DNA of 64,000 nucleotides from contig CAWJMT010000003.1 in assembly GCA_963844035.1 (NCBI GenBank), positions 192,001 through 256,000 of the forward strand. Reading direction: 5' to 3'. This document shows positions 42,811-51,699 of the stretch, piece by piece (positions within the stretch are counted from its first letter, which is position 1; every line of letters starts with the position of its first letter). A model generated the notes under the pieces. The model made no database searches and was not told where the DNA came from. It saw only the letters and a list, made by a program, of their open reading frames with translations. The stretch is from an uncultured Gemmatimonadales bacterium. GTDB taxonomy: Bacteria > Gemmatimonadota > Gemmatimonadetes > Gemmatimonadales > GWC2-71-9. A program made the position numbers and the translations under genes.

Positions 42811-43508
42811 GTGCTTGACCGCCTCCGCGCCCTGTCCTACATTGCCGCCGGTACGCTCGTGGCGGCGTGTCCGCCGCACGTCGCCCCGTTGGTGCCGGTG
42901 CCGCTCACGCCCGCCGATCGGCAGCAGGCCTTGGAGTGGACCGAGGGCACGGTGCCCGGTCACCGGACGGCGATTCGCTTCAAGTTTGAGTTTCAGGACG
43001 ATCGGCGGCACTGGGCGGGGCGGGGCACCGCCCGGGTAGCGCCACCCGATTCACTGCGGTTCGACTATACGGGACCGCTCGGTCTCGGCGCCGGTGCCGC
43101 AGTCGTGGTGGGCGATTCGACGCGTGTGGGCCGACCCGGAGGAGAACTTTCGCTCTCTGGTGCCGGGCATCCCGATGCTGTGGGCCTCGCTCGGGATCGT
43201 CCGGCCCCCCGCTCGCCGACGCGCGGGTGGAGAGTGGTGGTGAAGCGCCGCGCACGATCTGGCGGTTCGCCCGCGCCGGCGACACGCTGGCCTACGTCGC
43301 TACCGATGGCGTGCCGCGTGTGCTCGAGGCGGAGTGGCGGCGGGAGGGAAAGGTGCTGGCACGCAGCCGGACGGAGCTCGGAGGCCGCGCGTTGCCGGCG
43401 AAAGCGCGTGTGGATTTTCCGGAGGCGCCCGCTCGTTTTGAACTTACCGTGGTGGGAGTGGATACGACGGCCGAATTTGCCCCGGCGCTCTGGCGCAGTC
43501 GCCGCTAG
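42811..43508 (+). CDS. Hypothetical lipoprotein (frameshifted)
   Basis: LVAAC lipobox and ARVAPPDSLRFD; C-terminus in ORF 43227-43508. Confidence 0.6.
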
Positions 43509-43974
43509 CGCCGTCACCGTCGTGCTGGCAGGCTGCCTCTACGGCTTTGCCGGCGGCGGCCTCCCGAACATCAAGACCGTGGCGATCATTCCCTTCGACA
43601 ACCAGACGCCGGAGCCGGCGCTCACCAAGGACGTCAATGACGCGATCACGGACGCCATCCAGGGGCGCCTCGGGCTGCGCTCCGCGGCGCAATCCAATGC
43701 CGATGCTGTCGTCCGCGGGCGGGTCGTGCATTACGAAGCGAATGTCCCCATCGCGTTCCAGCCGGGCGTAGGCCGCGCCGACGTGACGCAGCGGCAGGTC
43801 CAGATCACCGTCGACGTCGAAATCGTCAATCAGAAGAGCGGCAAGACCCTGTGGCAACGCAACGGACTCCTGGTGGTAGGCGAGTACACACCGCCGCAGG
43901 AAGCCCAGGGGCGCAAGATCGCGCTCCAGAAACTCGAGAACGACATCGTGGACGGAGCGCAGTCGCAGTGGTGA
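43477..43974 (+). CDS. LptE-family LPS assembly lipoprotein
   Basis: VLAGC lipobox, YGFAGGGLPNIKTVAIIPFDNQT, ADAVVRG, C-terminal W. Confidence 0.75.
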   Translation: MPRRSGAVAASAVTVVLAGCLYGFAGGGLPNIKTVAIIPFDNQTPEPALTKDVNDAITDAIQGRLGLRSAAQSNADAVVRGRVVHYEANVPIAFQPGVGRADVTQRQVQITVDVEIVNQKSGKTLWQRNGLLVVGEYTPPQEAQGRKIALQKLENDIVDGAQSQW

Positions 43975-44345
43975 GCGCCGCAGCGCGGCGCGCGCGGATC
44001 CGCGGAGCGAGCTCGACGGGGTGCCTCGTCTCGCTCCTGCTGTTTGTGGCGGTGCTCTACTACGGCGTGAACATCGGCGAGGTGTACTTCCGCTACTACC
44101 GCTTGCTTGACGAGATGGAATCGCAGGCCCGGATCGCCGCCGGCCTCGACAACGGCACCATCGCGCGGCGCGTCGCGGCGGCGGTGGACGACATCGGCAT
44201 CCCCGATTCGGCGCGCAACGTCGTGGTGCGCCGCACGCTTTCCCCCCGCGAGATCACGATCTCGACCGACTACAGCGAGACCGTGGTTCTTCCCTTTTTC
44301 ACACACACCTTCGTCTTCCATCCTAAGGCCACGCAGCCGCTCTAG
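43971..44345 (+). CDS. Hypothetical pilin-like membrane protein (DUF4845-like)
   Basis: Basic leader, RG, then a hydrophobic helix; GTGA overlap with the previous gene. Confidence 0.6.
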   Translation: MSAAARRARIRGASSTGCLVSLLLFVAVLYYGVNIGEVYFRYYRLLDEMESQARIAAGLDNGTIARRVAAAVDDIGIPDSARNVVVRRTLSPREITISTDYSETVVLPFFTHTFVFHPKATQPL

Positions 44346-44367
44346 CGCGTGGGCCGTCGCTGGCGGC

Positions 44368-45634
44368 ATGCTGCTGATCTCGGCGCTTGCCGGCGCGGCG
44401 GGACACGGGGATGACGTCGGACGTTTCTTCATCGTCCTGGCAGTCATGCTCGTGGCAGGGACGTTCTCGGCGGCGCTGTGTGAGCGGCTGGGGCAGCCCG
44501 GCGTGGTGGGCGAGCTGGTGGCGGGAATGCTCTTGGGCTCGCTCCACATCTTCCCAACGGCCCCGGAAGATTCGCTGACCGGCACCTTCCGGGTCCTCGC
44601 CCACGTCGGGGTGGCTGTCCTCTTGTTCGAAATCGGCCTCGAGACCCGTCTCGATGCGATGGCGCGCGTCGGCACGGCCGCGACGTCCGTGGCCGTCGCA
44701 GGCGTGATCGTGCCGTTCGGGCTGGGGTTCCTGTACTGGATGTCTACGCCGAGCGGCTTCGAGCACGCAGTTGCGAACCACGTCATGACGGCAGTGTTCG
44801 TGGGCGCTACGCTGACCGCGACGTCGATCGGCATCACCGCTCGGGTCTTGACCGACTTGAAGTGCCTGCACACCGTCGAGGCGCGGGTCGTGCTGGGGGC
44901 AGCCGTCATTGACGACGTGCTGGGCCTCATCCTCCTCGGTGTCATCTCCGGGGTGGCGGCCGGCGCGGCGGTGAGTTTGCTCGGTGTCGTGCGCACCCTC
45001 GCGGTGGCGGTCGGGTTCCTGGTGGCGGCCATCGTGGTCGGCCGCGCCGTGGCGCCGTGGCTCTTCGGAGGCGTAGCGCGGATTCGCCTGCGGGGGGTCC
45101 TGCTCGTGTCCGCCTTTGCCTTTTTGCTGATCCTCGGGGCCGTCGCCGCCAGCGCCGGATCCGCCCTGATCCTGGGGGCGTTTGCCGCCGGGATCATCGT
45201 GTGCGAGCACCAAACAGTCCAAGGTGATTCAAGAGCGCATGAGGCCTGTGGCCGACATCTTCACGCCGGTGTTCTTCCTGAGCATCGGGGCCGCGGTAGA
45301 CCTGGGGGCGTGGAATCCGTTCAGTCCCGCCGGGAGAGGCGTGCTCTTGATCGGTGTCATCCTGTTCGCGATCGCCGTCCTGGGAAAGCTCGCCAGCGGC
45401 TGGGCAGCTCCGTGGCTGCGCTTCAACCGTTGGGCGGTGGGGATCGGCATGGTCCCCCGCGGCGAAGTAGGGCTGATCTTCGCGCAAATCGGCGTCACCA
45501 CGGGAATTCTCACCAACCACTTGTTCAGCGCGATCCTGCTCATGGTGCTTACGACCACGCTCGTGGCGCCGCCACTCCTCACGTGGGCGTTCGGCCGCTG
45601 GGGCAGCACGACGCTGACGGAGCCGGCCCAGTGA
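44368..45634 (+). CDS. CPA2/NapA-type cation:proton antiporter (frameshift near 45205)
   Basis: [46 protein letters not shown]. Confidence 0.9.
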
Positions 45635-46114
45635 GCACCGCCGGCAAGATCCGCAGTGTTGCCGAGGCGACGGCGTGGCGTGCGGCGCTCTCCGGACCGC
45701 TCGTGTTTACGAACGGCGTGTTCGATCTCCTGCACGTCGGTCATGTGGCGCTGCTCGAGGCCGCACGAGCGGAGGGCGCCGCGCTGGTGGTTGGCGTGAA
45801 CAGCGACCGGTCGGTGCGTCGCCTCGGCAAAGGCGCCGATCGTCCGCGTGGTGCCGCAGCAGCAGCGCGCGCGCCTCGTGGCCGCGCTCGCGTGCGTGGA
45901 CGGTGTGGTGCTGTTCGACGACGAGACGCCGCTGGCCCTCATTCGCGGGCTGCGGCCCGACGTGTTGGTGAAGGGGGCGGACTACACGCGCGCTGCCATC
46001 GTCGGTGCCGACGACGTGGAAGGGTGGGGCGGGCGCGTGGTGCGCGTTCCCCTCGTGCCCGGCTTTTCCACGACGGACCTGCTCTCACGCCTGCGAGGAG
46101 GAGCGTCGCAGTGA
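45631..46114 (+). CDS. RfaE domain II-like heptose-1-phosphate adenylyltransferase (frameshift near 45845)
   Basis: [29 protein letters not shown]. Confidence 0.88.
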
Positions 46115-46740
46115 AGCTGTTGATCGCCACACGCAACGAAGGCAAGGCCCGGGAGATCCGCGACCTGTTTGTCGGCCTTCCGTTCGAGCTCGTGTTTCCC
46201 AACGATCAAAAGTTCCTCGAGCCTCTGCCCGAGGAAGCCGACGTCGAGCACGGCGCAACGTTTGTCGAAAACGCGGCCGCCAAGGCGCGCTACTTTGCGC
46301 GCCGCAGCGGAATGGTCACCGTCGCGGAGGACTCGGGGATCGAGGTCGATGCCTTGAACGGCGCGCCCGGGGTGCACTCGGCACGGTTCGCGGCGCTGTA
46401 CGGGGACAAAGGACAGGAGACGGGCGACGGGGCCAACAACGCGCTCCTGCTCAAGCGCCTGGAGGGAGTGCCCGAGGAACAGCGCACGGCACGGTACCGC
46501 TGCGTGGTAGCGTATCTCGAGACGCCGGTCGGGGCGCCGCAGCTCGTTGAGGCGACCTGCGAGGGGCGTATTCTGACCGCCCCGGTGGGCAACGGCGGCT
46601 TTGGCTACGACCCGTACTTCTGGTCACTCGATCTGCGCATGAGCTTCGGCGAGGCGCCGGAAGCGGCCAAACAGCGGGTGTCGCACCGCGGCCGCGCGTT
46701 TCGGGCGCTCATCGAGGTACTGGTGCGGCGGTATGCGTAA
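46111..46740 (+). CDS. rdgB: Non-canonical purine NTP pyrophosphatase (RdgB/HAM1)
   Basis: [31 protein letters not shown]. Confidence 0.93.
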   Translation: MKLLIATRNEGKAREIRDLFVGLPFELVFPNDQKFLEPLPEEADVEHGATFVENAAAKARYFARRSGMVTVAEDSGIEVDALNGAPGVHSARFAALYGDKGQETGDGANNALLLKRLEGVPEEQRTARYRCVVAYLETPVGAPQLVEATCEGRILTAPVGNGGFGYDPYFWSLDLRMSFGEAPEAAKQRVSHRGRAFRALIEVLVRRYA

Positions 46741-46794
46741 GGAGGCGGTTGGAACCGCCGGATGTCGTGACTAAGTTGCCTTCGCTGTCGTGAA

Positions 46795-46868
46795 CGGGGC
46801 GTAGCGCAGTCCGGTAGCGCGTCTGGTTTGGGACCAGAAGGTCCCGGGTTCAAATCCCGGCGCCCCGA
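46795..46868 (+). tRNA. tRNA-Pro (anticodon UGG)
   Basis: CGGGGCG/CGCCCCG acceptor stem, TCTGG-TTTGGGA-CCAGA anticodon arm, GGTTCAAATCC T-arm; CCA not encoded. Confidence 0.95.
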
Positions 46869-46923
46869 TTTCTCACAAGACTTCGCGTGACTTCGCGGAA
46901 GGATCACAGGGTATGCCCCGCAA

Positions 46924-46986
46924 GTGAAGCTGCTCCTCGTTGCGTTGGGTAGGGCCATCGGGTCCGTCCTCCGATATGTTGTGAGT
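46924..46986 (+). pseudogene. Truncated Fluc/CrcB fluoride-channel N-terminus
   Basis: MKLLLVALGRAIGSVLRYVVS matches the Fluc TM1 motif GGxxGxxxRY with one G-to-R change; the rest of the gene is absent. Confidence 0.55.
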
Positions 46987-47016
46987 CATGGTGGGTCGCA
47001 TGGTCGCTCAGGTGGT

Positions 47017-47358
47017 ATGGCGATAGGTCGCGTAATGTTTCTCCGGCCCATCGTGGGCCTGCTGCTCGTGGTTTCGCTGCAGGCCTGCATGCGCTGGCGA
47101 ACAGTGCCCGATGCGAAAGACGTGGCCCTGAAGCCCCTGGGCACCGTGCGCTTGACGACCAACAGCGACCCACGACACCTGATCGTACAGAACCCCACCA
47201 TCTCGCACGACAGCGTCGTCTGGATTCTTCCACAGCGCGGGGGGATTCCCCTCGATGAAATCGAATACGTCGAGTCGCGCGCGCCGGACCGGATGCGCAC
47301 CGGGTTCTTCATCCTGGCGGGAGTGAGCATCGTTACCCTGATCACGCTGCTTCAGTAG
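47017..47358 (+). CDS. Small hypothetical lipoprotein with C-terminal TM helix
   Basis: SLQAC lipobox; hydrophobic C-terminus. Confidence 0.6.
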   Translation: MAIGRVMFLRPIVGLLLVVSLQACMRWRTVPDAKDVALKPLGTVRLTTNSDPRHLIVQNPTISHDSVVWILPQRGGIPLDEIEYVESRAPDRMRTGFFILAGVSIVTLITLLQ

Positions 47359-47403
47359 CCACCCGCAACGATTCTCCACCGGACCTAAGACTTGCGAGTG
47401 CCC

Positions 47404-47958
47404 ATGATGCTTGGCCGTGCGGTAGCCACGACGCTCCTTTTAGTCTGTTTCCTGGCGCCCATCAGCGCTGCTCAGGATGCGGCGATCCCTCAGGCGGCAT
47501 TCCTCGATTCAAGCCCAACGGGCCCCATCCGCCCCGGGGCCCCGTGCCATGTCGATCGGATCGTGGATGGAGACACGATGGAGTGCGCTGGCACCGGGCC
47601 GGTTCGCCTCATCGGAATTGACGCGCCGGAGCTGAGCCAATCGCCCTTCGGAGCCCAGGCGGCGGCCGCCCTCGCCGGCTTTGTCCCCCCTGGCTCGGAT
47701 GTGCTGCTCGAATCGGACGTCGAGGCCCGCGACAAGTACGGTCGCCTGCTCGCCTACGTCTGGTATGATGGAGGGCTCGTGAACTGGCGCATGGTCCGTG
47801 CGGGAGTGGCGGTACTGCTTACCTTTCCACCCAATGTCCAGTACGCGGCGTCGCTGGTGGATGCGGAGCACCGCGCCCAGGGTGAGAAGCGCGGCTTGTG
47901 GGCCACGGGAGGGTTTGACTGTCGGCCCAGCGACCGGCGGCACGGCCACTGCGACTGA
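47404..47958 (+). CDS. Secreted thermonuclease (SNase) family protein
   Basis: Signal peptide; IVDGDT, VRLIGIDAPE, DKYGRLLAYV, RGLW. Confidence 0.9.
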   Translation: MMLGRAVATTLLLVCFLAPISAAQDAAIPQAAFLDSSPTGPIRPGAPCHVDRIVDGDTMECAGTGPVRLIGIDAPELSQSPFGAQAAAALAGFVPPGSDVLLESDVEARDKYGRLLAYVWYDGGLVNWRMVRAGVAVLLTFPPNVQYAASLVDAEHRAQGEKRGLWATGGFDCRPSDRRHGHCD

Positions 47959-48191
47959 CGGATCAAATGGTGGGCCTCAGGGTATCGTGGAGGCTCACTC
48001 GAGCACTTGCCTGTTACAATTAAGACGTTGCCGCAGTCGCGGAGTCCGCAAAGCGTGCGGCTGGTCTCGCGTACACAGTATTGCGTCCAATGGATTGCAC
48101 GAAACTCCTGGAAGGGGAGCATGAGATGCGCAAGGGGGATAGTACCAAAGTGCAGTGCCCGGCCGGTCCGAATCGCTGGTACGTTTTCACT

Positions 48192-49406
48192 ATGACCACG
48201 CATCCCGATACTCCGATCCTCCTGGGATTGAGGCGGTCTGCCCTCTTCAAGGCCGCCTTCGGCGTTCTATTCCTGGCCGTTGCGACCCCCCTTCCTGCAC
48301 AGCGACCGCAGCCGTCATGGCTGTTGGAGTTCACGGCCTCGCGGAAGGACCCGATCGACAGTCCGCTGTTCGGAGGATTCGGGATTACGCATTACCGGCG
48401 TGCCTTCGGGCTGCGTCTGGGAGTTCAGGGGCACTTCAATGGCGGCGGCGGCACCGTCTGTGACCAGTTTGGGTGCCAGAACCCCGTCAGCGCCCAACTC
48501 GACGCTTGGACGGCGGACGCGGACCTCATGTTCGAGCCCCTGCGTGCGGTGCCCGTCCTCAAGAAGCTCCTGCTGGGTTTCTCTCCTTATGGTTTCGTGG
48601 GAATTGGCGGGTATGGTGTGCGGGTGGACAACGGTGCCGATTCGAGCATCTCCACCCTGAGGTACGGGGCCGGCCTGCGTCACGATCTGGTCGGGCCGCT
48701 CGGGGTTCAGGCCGAAGCCCGTTACCGGCAACCACTCTCGGGTGACAACCAGAGCTCGGTGATCTTGAAGGAGAAGCTGGTATACAGCGTCGGCCTCACG
48801 ATTGGGTTTGGCGGCAAGAAGTCCAAGAAGAGCGCCGCGCCGGTGGCGGCGGCCCCGCCCAAGACGGTGGCGAAGCCAACGGCGGCGCCACGCGCTCCCG
48901 TCGTCGTCAGTTCAGAAGCCGCGGATCGATTCGCGTCCACCGTCTTGGACCTTGCCGAGAGTTACCTCGACAAGCCGTACGCGTATGGCGGGGCGAGTCC
49001 GTACGGTGGCTTCGACGCCGGAGGCTTCGTCCAATACGTGTTCGCGCGCGCAGGCACGCGGCTCCCGCGTACCGCGAAAGAGATGTCCACCATGGGCGAC
49101 GCCCTCTCGCTGAAGGTCGGGTCGCTCCGCCCGGGTGACCTGCTGTTCTTCGCCAGCGACGGCTCGAAGATCGACCATGTCGCGATCTACGCCGGGCACG
49201 AGCGCATCATCCATGCGAGCGCGAGCGGCGGCGGGGTGCGCTACGATACCCTGGGTGAAGGACCGCGCGGTCGGTGGTTCACCGACCATCTGGTCTCGGC
49301 TACGCGGGTGACCGGAACCATAGGCGCGGCCCCCGTGGTCGATCCGGCAACTGGCAAGACACTCGATCCGCCGGATGTGGCTCCGCCGGCGACCAGGGCA
49401 CAATAA
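48192..49406 (+). CDS. Outer-membrane beta-barrel + NlpC/P60 (C40) domain protein, catalytic Cys replaced by Ala
   Basis: Signal peptide; amphipathic strands (SPYGFVGIG, YGAG, VQAEARY, YSVGLTIGFG); Lys/Ala/Pro linker; PYAYGG..GFDAGGFVQYV, PGDLLFF, HVAIY, IHAS. Confidence 0.85.
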   Translation: MTTHPDTPILLGLRRSALFKAAFGVLFLAVATPLPAQRPQPSWLLEFTASRKDPIDSPLFGGFGITHYRRAFGLRLGVQGHFNGGGGTVCDQFGCQNPVSAQLDAWTADADLMFEPLRAVPVLKKLLLGFSPYGFVGIGGYGVRVDNGADSSISTLRYGAGLRHDLVGPLGVQAEARYRQPLSGDNQSSVILKEKLVYSVGLTIGFGGKKSKKSAAPVAAAPPKTVAKPTAAPRAPVVVSSEAADRFASTVLDLAESYLDKPYAYGGASPYGGFDAGGFVQYVFARAGTRLPRTAKEMSTMGDALSLKVGSLRPGDLLFFASDGSKIDHVAIYAGHERIIHASASGGGVRYDTLGEGPRGRWFTDHLVSATRVTGTIGAAPVVDPATGKTLDPPDVAPPATRAQ

Positions 49407-50458
49407 TGAAACACACCATCGTGCTCGGCGCGGCCCTCGCCGCGCTCCTGGGGTTCGGTTCAGACCGGCAGCCGCACAGGAGCAAGCTCCTCCTCCTGAA
49501 AGCGGCGCGCCCCGCCGTGGATAGCGTGCGTCCGGCGGTAGACAGCGTGCGTCCAACCCTCGAGACCGCGCGCCCCGCGCCGGACAGCGTGCGTTTCGCT
49601 CCTGACTACGTGCCCCCGGCCGTCAGAACCGAAGCTGACCTCGCTCCGGCAACGAGTGTGGCCGAGGCTACCAGCGTACTCGGCTTTACGGTCTCGACAT
49701 CAGGGACTGCCCGCGACACGCTGGGGCTGCTGATCTCCCCGGTTGTTCCCGGGGGCGCCGGCGACCGTGGGGGTATTGATCCGGGCAATCGCCTGGCTGA
49801 GGTGAACAACGTGAACCTCAGGATTGCGCCGGCGGACATCGGCCGGCGCGAGCCTGCCGAAGGCGCGATGCGTGCGCTGGCGAGCACCCTACGGACTGTA
49901 CGGCCGGGTGAGTGGGTCAGGATCCGCCTGTTCGGGGGCGGCCGGTATCGCACAGTGGCGATCCAAACGCCGCGCGCGGACACGACGCCCGCGGGCGTGG
50001 GAGCCGCTCCCTCCAGCCTGCAACGCGTCGTGGACGGGATCGGCAGCCTGCGGGGGCAGCTCGATCAGTTGATGCAGGCGCAATCGGTGCCCGTGCCGCG
50101 GGACACGCTGCTGCGTGCGGAGCGCGAGCTTGGCGCCATCCAGCGCCGCTTGAAGGCGGCGCAGCTCGCACCCCGGAACATCGACAACACCGTTGGCAGC
50201 CTGCCGGGCCTGCGCGTTGCGGCGGTCGCGGCCGAGATGAAGGACTACTTCGGCGAGGGAAGCGAGGGTGGTCTCCTCGTTCTCGAGTGCGACATCAGCT
50301 GGGATCCGCTCCGAAACGGCGACGTCATTCTTCGGGTCAACGACGAGCCCGCGAACCTCGACCGGTTACGCGTGGCCCTCGACCCGCAGCGTGAGAGCCG
50401 CATCGACTTCCTGCGCCGTGGGCGGTACATGATGGTCACGCTTCACCCGCGCGAATAA
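49406..50458 (+). CDS. Exported PDZ-domain protein (two PDZ-like domains separated by a coiled coil)
   Basis: TAATG coupling; signal peptide; GLLISPVVPGGAGDRGGI..GNRLAEVN and GLLVLE..LRNGDVILRVN. Confidence 0.75.
   Translation: MKHTIVLGAALAALLGFGSDRQPHRSKLLLLKAARPAVDSVRPAVDSVRPTLETARPAPDSVRFAPDYVPPAVRTEADLAPATSVAEATSVLGFTVSTSGTARDTLGLLISPVVPGGAGDRGGIDPGNRLAEVNNVNLRIAPADIGRREPAEGAMRALASTLRTVRPGEWVRIRLFGGGRYRTVAIQTPRADTTPAGVGAAPSSLQRVVDGIGSLRGQLDQLMQAQSVPVPRDTLLRAERELGAIQRRLKAAQLAPRNIDNTVGSLPGLRVAAVAAEMKDYFGEGSEGGLLVLECDISWDPLRNGDVILRVNDEPANLDRLRVALDPQRESRIDFLRRGRYMMVTLHPRE
49508..49594 (+). repeat. 21-nt (7-aa) coding tandem repeat x4
   Basis: RPAVDSV RPAVDSV RPTLETA RPAPDSV. Confidence 0.8.
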
Positions 50459-50466
50459 GGGGAGCA

Positions 50467-50494
50467 ACGGGGGCAGGGCTGGCCCTGCCCCCGT
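50467..50494. terminator. Perfect 12-bp GC hairpin just after the PDZ gene
   Basis: ACGGGGGCAGGG-CTGG-CCCTGCCCCCGT, no U tract. Confidence 0.55.
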
Positions 50495-50866
50495 CTGCAC
50501 CACCCGTGGCTTCTCCACCGGGCCGCAGTCCGGTACCGGATGGAGTGGCAGCCTCGAACACATGCCCGCGTAATCCCACCTGCGCCATCAGGGCCGCCCA
50601 GCGTTTCATGGCCTTCTGATCGGCCCGGTCTCGACTGTCCGTCACGCTCGCCTCGGTGTGTTGGTCGCCAAGGCACAATCGGTTGAGCGCGTCACGCGTC
50701 GGCCGGCCCGCGCGTCACGAGCCTGTCACGCGTCCGCATCCGCAACGGTCGTGATGCGTCGCGGACCCCTGCGCAGTTGGGAGGGTAGGCTTACGAGGTT
50801 GTATCGCCTGCACGCGGCCCGAGTATCGGGTTGGAACAGCACCGCAGCCAAGGTAGCTTACCACCA

Positions 50867-51673
50867 ATGATCCTTCGTACACACTCGCTCCATAAGCACT
50901 TACGGCGCAGTGCCTGTGCCCTCCTGCTGTGCCTGCTCGCCGCGCCGGCCACCGCGCACGCCCAGGTGCGTTGGGTGGTAGACGGGAAGGGCAGCCTCGC
51001 CTGGTGGCAGGTCGATCCCCACATGAACCACCTGTGGGCGACCACCTGCCCATCGGAGCCCACCTGGAAGGTCGGCGAAGGGCACAGCACCGGGTGGACG
51101 AGTCGTGCGGCGGTTGAAGCGGAAGGGGCGAGTTTCGCCAACGTCTCCGACACGATCCATGTCCCGCGCTACCCGCGGCCCCGCATCAGAACCCTTTGCG
51201 AAGAAGCGGTGCGCGGCTGGGTCGACCTGCCGGACACCGTGGGGTGGCGCCGGGCGCACGGGGAGATTGTGGTAAAAGCGGACAAGATCTTCACGGGCGA
51301 GCGAAACCGCGACGAGTATGCCCAAAACGCCATCTTCGGGGTGCACGTGTACCCGGACATCACGTTCTTCATCGACAGCTTGGTGGACATGCGGCGGGTC
51401 GGCGACACTCTGAAGGGCACGGTGGTAGGCCGCTTCAAGTTCCGCGGCAAGGTGCACCCGGTCAATGCCACCCTCGAGTCCTATGCGGCAGCGGGAGGCA
51501 CGCGCGTCCTTTCCAAGTTCCGGCTCCCGGTGATGGATCTCATCAAGAAGTATGGGGTCACGAGGAGATCAGTTGGCCTCGGAATCGGTTTGAACATCTG
51601 GAAGACATTGTTTGTCGGGGTGGACCTGCTGATGCGTCCCGACAAGACCGCGGCCCCCATCGGTCAGTACTAG
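50867..51673 (+). CDS. Secreted YceI-like protein
   Basis: AHA-Q signal cleavage site; RWVVD..S, TGERNRDE, YPDITF, GRFKFRG. Confidence 0.65.
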   Translation: MILRTHSLHKHLRRSACALLLCLLAAPATAHAQVRWVVDGKGSLAWWQVDPHMNHLWATTCPSEPTWKVGEGHSTGWTSRAAVEAEGASFANVSDTIHVPRYPRPRIRTLCEEAVRGWVDLPDTVGWRRAHGEIVVKADKIFTGERNRDEYAQNAIFGVHVYPDITFFIDSLVDMRRVGDTLKGTVVGRFKFRGKVHPVNATLESYAAAGGTRVLSKFRLPVMDLIKKYGVTRRSVGLGIGLNIWKTLFVGVDLLMRPDKTAAPIGQY

Positions 51674-51699
51674 AAACCCCACCGCCGGTCCCAACACAA

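Noticed and set aside
42793..43974. Single 393-aa lipoprotein-LptE fusion
   Set aside because: Two separate lipoboxes; the first gene ends at 43508 in a shifted frame.
44107..46740. 877-aa antiporter-RfaE-RdgB fusion ORF
   Set aside because: Chimera created by indels; each gene has its own GTGA-overlap start and stop.
47960..48190. c-di-GMP-I or c-di-AMP riboswitch upstream of the NlpC/P60 gene
   Set aside because: Only a CGCAAAGC fragment matches; the other conserved elements are absent, and a -10 box sits 6 nt before the ATG.
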